NCBI GenBank assembly: GCA_003599295.1
Contig: QZJK01000009.1
Location: forward strand, 1 to 55,898
Direction of reading: 5' to 3'
DNA length: 55,898 bases
Source of the DNA: Candidatus Parcubacteria bacterium
GTDB taxonomy: Bacteria; Patescibacteriota; Minisyncoccia; Phycocordibacterales; UBA2100
Made by a program: the position numbers and the translations under genes. A model generated the notes under the pieces. It did not search any database. It was not told the origin of the DNA and saw only the letters and a program-made list of their open reading frames with translations. Each line of letters begins with the position of its first letter. The first letter of the stretch is position 1. Positions 52,435 to 55,898 of the stretch are shown here, piece by piece.

Positions 52435-53373
52435 ATGACTGACGAGATCAACGTAGGCGGCAAGCGCTACATCTTGTCCCGTCGTGCAGCGGAAATGAGC
52501 GGGTATAGCCAAGATTACATTGGTCAGCTGGCGCGCGGAGGACACATAGATGCGCAACGTATCGGGGGTTTGTGGTACGTAGAGATGGAATCCCTTTTGA
52601 ACTACAAGAAAGATTCAGACAACCAAAAACCAGAACCGCCGAAACCGAGCATCCAACAGGATCCGGACACGCTCGTCTTTTTTGATGGTAAAGAGTTCAT
52701 CTCGGCAAGCCGAGCTTCGAAATTAAGCGGATATGCGCAGGATTATGTCGGACAACTGGCTCGTTCTGGTAAGGTGCTTTCTCGACAGGTCGGGACCCGT
52801 TGGTACGTTGATCGCGAGGCGCTTTTAGAGCACAAGAAAGAGAAGGACGCTCTTCTGGCGGCTGTTCAAGCTAACGCTGTAGGCATCAGGCGAAACGAGC
52901 CTCAGCCTTTGGAGGAGGCAGCAAACCCATCGGAAAGGCCCCTTGGATTGCATTTTAACTATGCCCCTGAACACGCTGATTTGCTGCCCCGACTCTCTGA
53001 AAATCCTTCTCTTGAGGAAGATCGAACAAAGCCGGAAGAGGAAATTCACGCGATACCGATTCATATCGTGCGAAGAGAAAGCTCTGTGAGGCACCAAACA
53101 GCGCCTCAGAGCGAAATTTCTAAGACACCTAGTCGTTTGTGGCAATATCGAACCGGCGTAGCACCAAAACTGCTAGCGGTACTCTCGTTGACACTGATTC
53201 TAGGCGTTTCGAGCCTCATCGCTTTTAGAGGAATTGCCGGTTCGTTTGCCGGCAATCCCGCTAAAAACGAGTCGTTTGCCGTCGTTTCTGGGGCACTCGG
53301 AGGTCTCGATGGCGTCACTGCCATGCTGGAGAGGCTGTTGGTACCGGAAATCATCTACAGGCGCTCCCGTTAA
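52435..53373 (+). CDS. membrane protein with two tandem excisionase/MerR-type HTH modules and a C-proximal TM helix
   Basis: Two roughly 55-aa repeats: GGKRYILSRRAAEMSGYSQDYIGQLARGGHIDAQRIGGLWYVEMESL and DGKEFISASRASKLSGYAQDYVGQLARSGKVLSRQVGTRWYVDREAL. TM helix LLAVLSLTLILGVSSLIAF. Confidence 0.75.
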   Translation: MTDEINVGGKRYILSRRAAEMSGYSQDYIGQLARGGHIDAQRIGGLWYVEMESLLNYKKDSDNQKPEPPKPSIQQDPDTLVFFDGKEFISASRASKLSGYAQDYVGQLARSGKVLSRQVGTRWYVDREALLEHKKEKDALLAAVQANAVGIRRNEPQPLEEAANPSERPLGLHFNYAPEHADLLPRLSENPSLEEDRTKPEEEIHAIPIHIVRRESSVRHQTAPQSEISKTPSRLWQYRTGVAPKLLAVLSLTLILGVSSLIAFRGIAGSFAGNPAKNESFAVVSGALGGLDGVTAMLERLLVPEIIYRRSR

Positions 53374-53414
53374 GATAATCCAGCTTGCGTCCACTTTTTG
53401 GCTTTAAATATAGA

Positions 53415-53439
53415 ATCTCGGATGTCCGAGATTTTTTTA
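53415..53439 (+). terminator. rho-independent terminator
   Basis: Stem ATCTCGG/CCGAGAT with loop ATGT, followed by a run of seven T. Confidence 0.7.
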
Positions 53440-53607
53440 TATACACGACGCGCACAAAGCGCCAAGGTATCTACGAAATTTCTAAAGTCCTGAAAATCCA
53501 GCGCGCTTTAGCCAATTACAGCAGCGGCACCCCAAGTTAGCCCAAAGTATCTCGACTCTTCACCTTAGGACTGGTCGTCGATCGTTTTTTTAGCGCAAAA
53601 ATTCTCC

Positions 53608-53647
53608 CGCAGTTGTTATCCACACGCAAACGCAGTTGTTATCCACT
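53608..53647 (+). promoter_or_regulatory. two 16-nt direct repeats CGCAGTTGTTATCCAC, each containing a DnaA-box-like TTATCCAC(A/T)
   Basis: Repeats at 53608-53623 and 53631-53646, 23 nt apart start to start. TTATCCACA lies at 53616-53624 and TTATCCACT at 53639-53647. They sit about 65-100 nt upstream of the ATG at 53712. Confidence 0.55.
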
Positions 53648-53711
53648 CGATATCCGAAATAACTAGTAAAATCTAGATAAGTCGTGTGAACGAACTCTCC
53701 ATCAACTCATC

Positions 53712-55898
53712 ATGAATGACGAAGTTTTCTTTGATGGCACGAAGTACATTTCTGCAAACGACGCAGCGACTTCTTCGGACCTGACGAGAGATTACATTGC
53801 TCGTCTTTGCAGAGAAGGGAAAATAAAAGGTCGTCAGATAGGGAAGAACTGGTACGTAAATCAAGAATCACTCTCCTCGTTTCTTCTCAAGCAAAGTTAT
53901 TTAAAAGCCACACGCAGAAAGGAGGTTACTCAAGAGCGCCTTAACGAATACTACAGAGTTCTTCAAGAACCGATACGAACGGCTTCTTCGCCTCTGGGAC
54001 CGACTCCTGGACATTCGTCTAAAGAATCAAGCGCCACCCCCTTACCTCTCATTCAGAAGAAATTCGATGTTCATAGCGCTCTTGCACGAGCGGTCATCAA
54101 GCGCAGTTCGATCGTTCCCGGAGGCATGCTACACGCAGCTTCGAGTGTCGGAGCGCACCTTACGCCGCATGCGCTCTCTCCCGTTGCGAATTTTTTGCAC
54201 AAAGTAATCGCACTTACTGCGGCGCTTCTTCTCACCATCGGAACGTATGTGCTAGTAAATCCTGACGCCATCACGATGGCGGGTGAGATAGCTAATCGCG
54301 CGAAGCTCGCATTGCAAAACGGAATTAAATCCGTTGAAGACGGTAGTTTCGAACGGATATTTGAAAATGCGGGAGTGCAACTAGCCGCAGCGGTTGAGAA
54401 CCCATCGTTCACTCTCGGAACTCTCGTTCAAAAAGCGGGAGATCTTGCGCGCACGTTTAACCGGACTGTTGATTCTTATGCGTACAAAGTGGCGTTCCCT
54501 GATTGGCTCGTATATGAAAATCTTTTTGCGGAACGCCCCTATGGCGGCACGGTAGTTGCAAGAATAACTCCAAGGACTTTGACGGAAACTACGCCGACGG
54601 CAACGCCGCCCTCGCGCGGAGGAACCGTGTATGCGGGAGGTCCCACGACAGTGATCAACCAACCAGTCGTTGAGCGCATAGTTGAGCGTGTTGTCGCAGT
54701 CGGCGGAATCAGCGAGGACTCTCTGAACGCGCGTCTCGTTGCCCTTCACAGCGATCTCTTGAATCGCATCTACTCCCTCTCTTCCGCTCAGACGACCGTC
54801 ATCAACAACACATACGAAACACTCGGCGCCGTCGCACGAAGCGACAACTTCGACGACATCAACATCGACGATTCGGACATTACGAACTCAAGGATCTCCG
54901 GCTCTTCCGTAGATGCCACCACGCTCACCACAAGCGGTGATGCCTCGGTAGGCGGTAATCTCACGGTCACAGGCAGCCTCACTGTCTCGGGTGCGCAGAC
55001 GCTCTCCGGCGCGATAACGATTCCCTATCTCAATGCGACCTCGACGACGGCAAGCACGTTCCTCAACGCCTCTACGACACTCCTCTCCGTCACCAATCGC
55101 GCCTACTTTGGCGGCACCTCCACAACAACGATCGACAGCATCGGCTCCATCACGCTTCCTTCGGCCGCACTTCTCACCGCTCCCTACGCCTCCTCGACCG
55201 CGCTCACGGTCTCTGGCACGGGCTACTTCGGCACGGCAAGTACGACCAACCTCACCGTCTCCTCGCTCACTGCAACGAGGATTCCCTTCGCGACCACAAG
55301 CGGCGCATTCACCGATTCTGCGAATCTCACGTTTGCATCGGACGTCCTCTCATCGCCGTCTTTCCTCGCCACTTCCTCCTCAACCCTCCAGAACTTCACT
55401 TTCCAGAATGCGACGGGCACCGCGGCGACAACCACGAGTTTTTTCGCAACTACCGCATCCTCAACCAACCTCTTCACCTCTAACTTCTCGTTGGGTTCCC
55501 TGAACGGACCACTCCACGCCAATGCCGGTGTCGTCTCTGCTACCACCTCAATCGGCGTTCTCTACGGAGGCACTGGCCTCACAATTGCACCAAGTTACGG
55601 ACAGCTTCTTCTTGGTCAGTCAAACGGCACGTATGCGCTCACCGCCACAAGTTCTCTCGGCCTTATCTCCGAGCTCCAGCGTGACTGGCAGGTCACCAAT
55701 GGATACCTCACCCCCACCACCACCATCGGCATCCTCGTCAACGCATCCTCAACGATCGGCAACGGCGCGCAGGCAGGCGGACTCACCATTTCAGGAGGGG
55801 CGACGACCTCGGGGAACTTCCTCGTGCAAGGCAACACGACACTCGCAAGCGCGACCTCCACCAACTTCGCCATCACGTCGATCGCTTCCGGCAACCTC
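53712..55898 (+). CDS. giant surface protein, N-terminal part (HTH module, TM helix, Ser/Thr/Ala-rich repetitive extracellular region); 3-prime end outside window
   Basis: My own translation shows 729 codons open from ATG 53712 to the window edge. The ORF is absent from the supplied track because it has no stop. N-terminal HTH VFFDGTKYISANDAATSSDLTRDYIARLCREGKIKGRQIGKNWYVNQESL. TM helix VIALTAALLLTIGTYVLV. After that come recurring A-S/T-S-T-N-L/F motifs. Confidence 0.8.
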   Translation, partial: MNDEVFFDGTKYISANDAATSSDLTRDYIARLCREGKIKGRQIGKNWYVNQESLSSFLLKQSYLKATRRKEVTQERLNEYYRVLQEPIRTASSPLGPTPGHSSKESSATPLPLIQKKFDVHSALARAVIKRSSIVPGGMLHAASSVGAHLTPHALSPVANFLHKVIALTAALLLTIGTYVLVNPDAITMAGEIANRAKLALQNGIKSVEDGSFERIFENAGVQLAAAVENPSFTLGTLVQKAGDLARTFNRTVDSYAYKVAFPDWLVYENLFAERPYGGTVVARITPRTLTETTPTATPPSRGGTVYAGGPTTVINQPVVERIVERVVAVGGISEDSLNARLVALHSDLLNRIYSLSSAQTTVINNTYETLGAVARSDNFDDINIDDSDITNSRISGSSVDATTLTTSGDASVGGNLTVTGSLTVSGAQTLSGAITIPYLNATSTTASTFLNASTTLLSVTNRAYFGGTSTTTIDSIGSITLPSAALLTAPYASSTALTVSGTGYFGTASTTNLTVSSLTATRIPFATTSGAFTDSANLTFASDVLSSPSFLATSSSTLQNFTFQNATGTAATTTSFFATTASSTNLFTSNFSLGSLNGPLHANAGVVSATTSIGVLYGGTGLTIAPSYGQLLLGQSNGTYALTATSSLGLISELQRDWQVTNGYLTPTTTIGILVNASSTIGNGAQAGGLTISGGATTSGNFLVQGNTTLASATSTNFAITSIASGNL

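Noticed and set aside
55033-55503. A Pro/Ser/Arg-rich 156-aa plus-strand ORF and several minus-strand ORFs (54071-54412, 54381-54749, 54788-54982, 55223-55546, 55616-55894).
   Set aside because: All overlap the 729-codon open frame starting at 53712, which has a coherent HTH-TM-repeat architecture. The alternatives are low-complexity off-frame products of the repetitive ACC/TCC/GCC-rich sequence.

Overview
The 55.9-kb window is gene-dense, moderately GC-rich and mostly plus-strand. Housekeeping genes sit at both ends: murC C-terminus and rsmI on the left, secA and gatB on the right. My inference is a small-genome bacterium, possibly Patescibacteria/CPR. The grounds are weak Shine-Dalgarno use, many 4-nt ATGA gene overlaps, a four-helix-bundle cassette, lamin-tail-domain and HTH-anchored surface proteins.

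The centre (about 5.7-46.9 kb) is one very large surface-glycan locus with:
- at least 11 cytoplasmic glycosyltransferases
- nucleotide-sugar modules for dTDP, GDP and UDP sugars
- two TylC3-type C-methyltransferases, two FkbM methyltransferases and one class-I methyltransferase
- an asparagine-synthase-type amidotransferase
- a Wzx-type flippase, an O-antigen-ligase/Wzy-like protein with a TPR tail, a GtrA-like protein and GT-C membrane glycosyltransferases

Observations that stand out:
1. A translationally coupled operon (rfbB..rfbA-reductase-C-methyltransferase-2,3-dehydratase-3-ketoreductase) predicts a branched 2,6-dideoxy-3-C-methyl hexose, which is antibiotic-type sugar chemistry.
2. 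A left-end operon couples a soluble VirD4/T4CP-like ATPase to a membrane-anchored lamin-tail/PKD surface protein.
3. A 1-kb non-coding, repeat- and hairpin-rich region lies upstream of secA, with a 14-codon poly-basic mini-ORF.
4. There are footprints of cassette insertion: an FkbM gene flanked by a duplicated gene 5-prime end, a GIY-YIG gene with an in-frame TGA at a conserved Trp, and an AT-rich four-helix-bundle gene bracketed by inverted repeats.
5. Two adjacent membrane proteins carry N-terminal excisionase-type HTH modules. One is a giant Ser/Thr-rich surface protein that runs off the window and is absent from the supplied ORF track.

All family assignments come from motif recognition by eye, with no database search. 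Start codons are best guesses.
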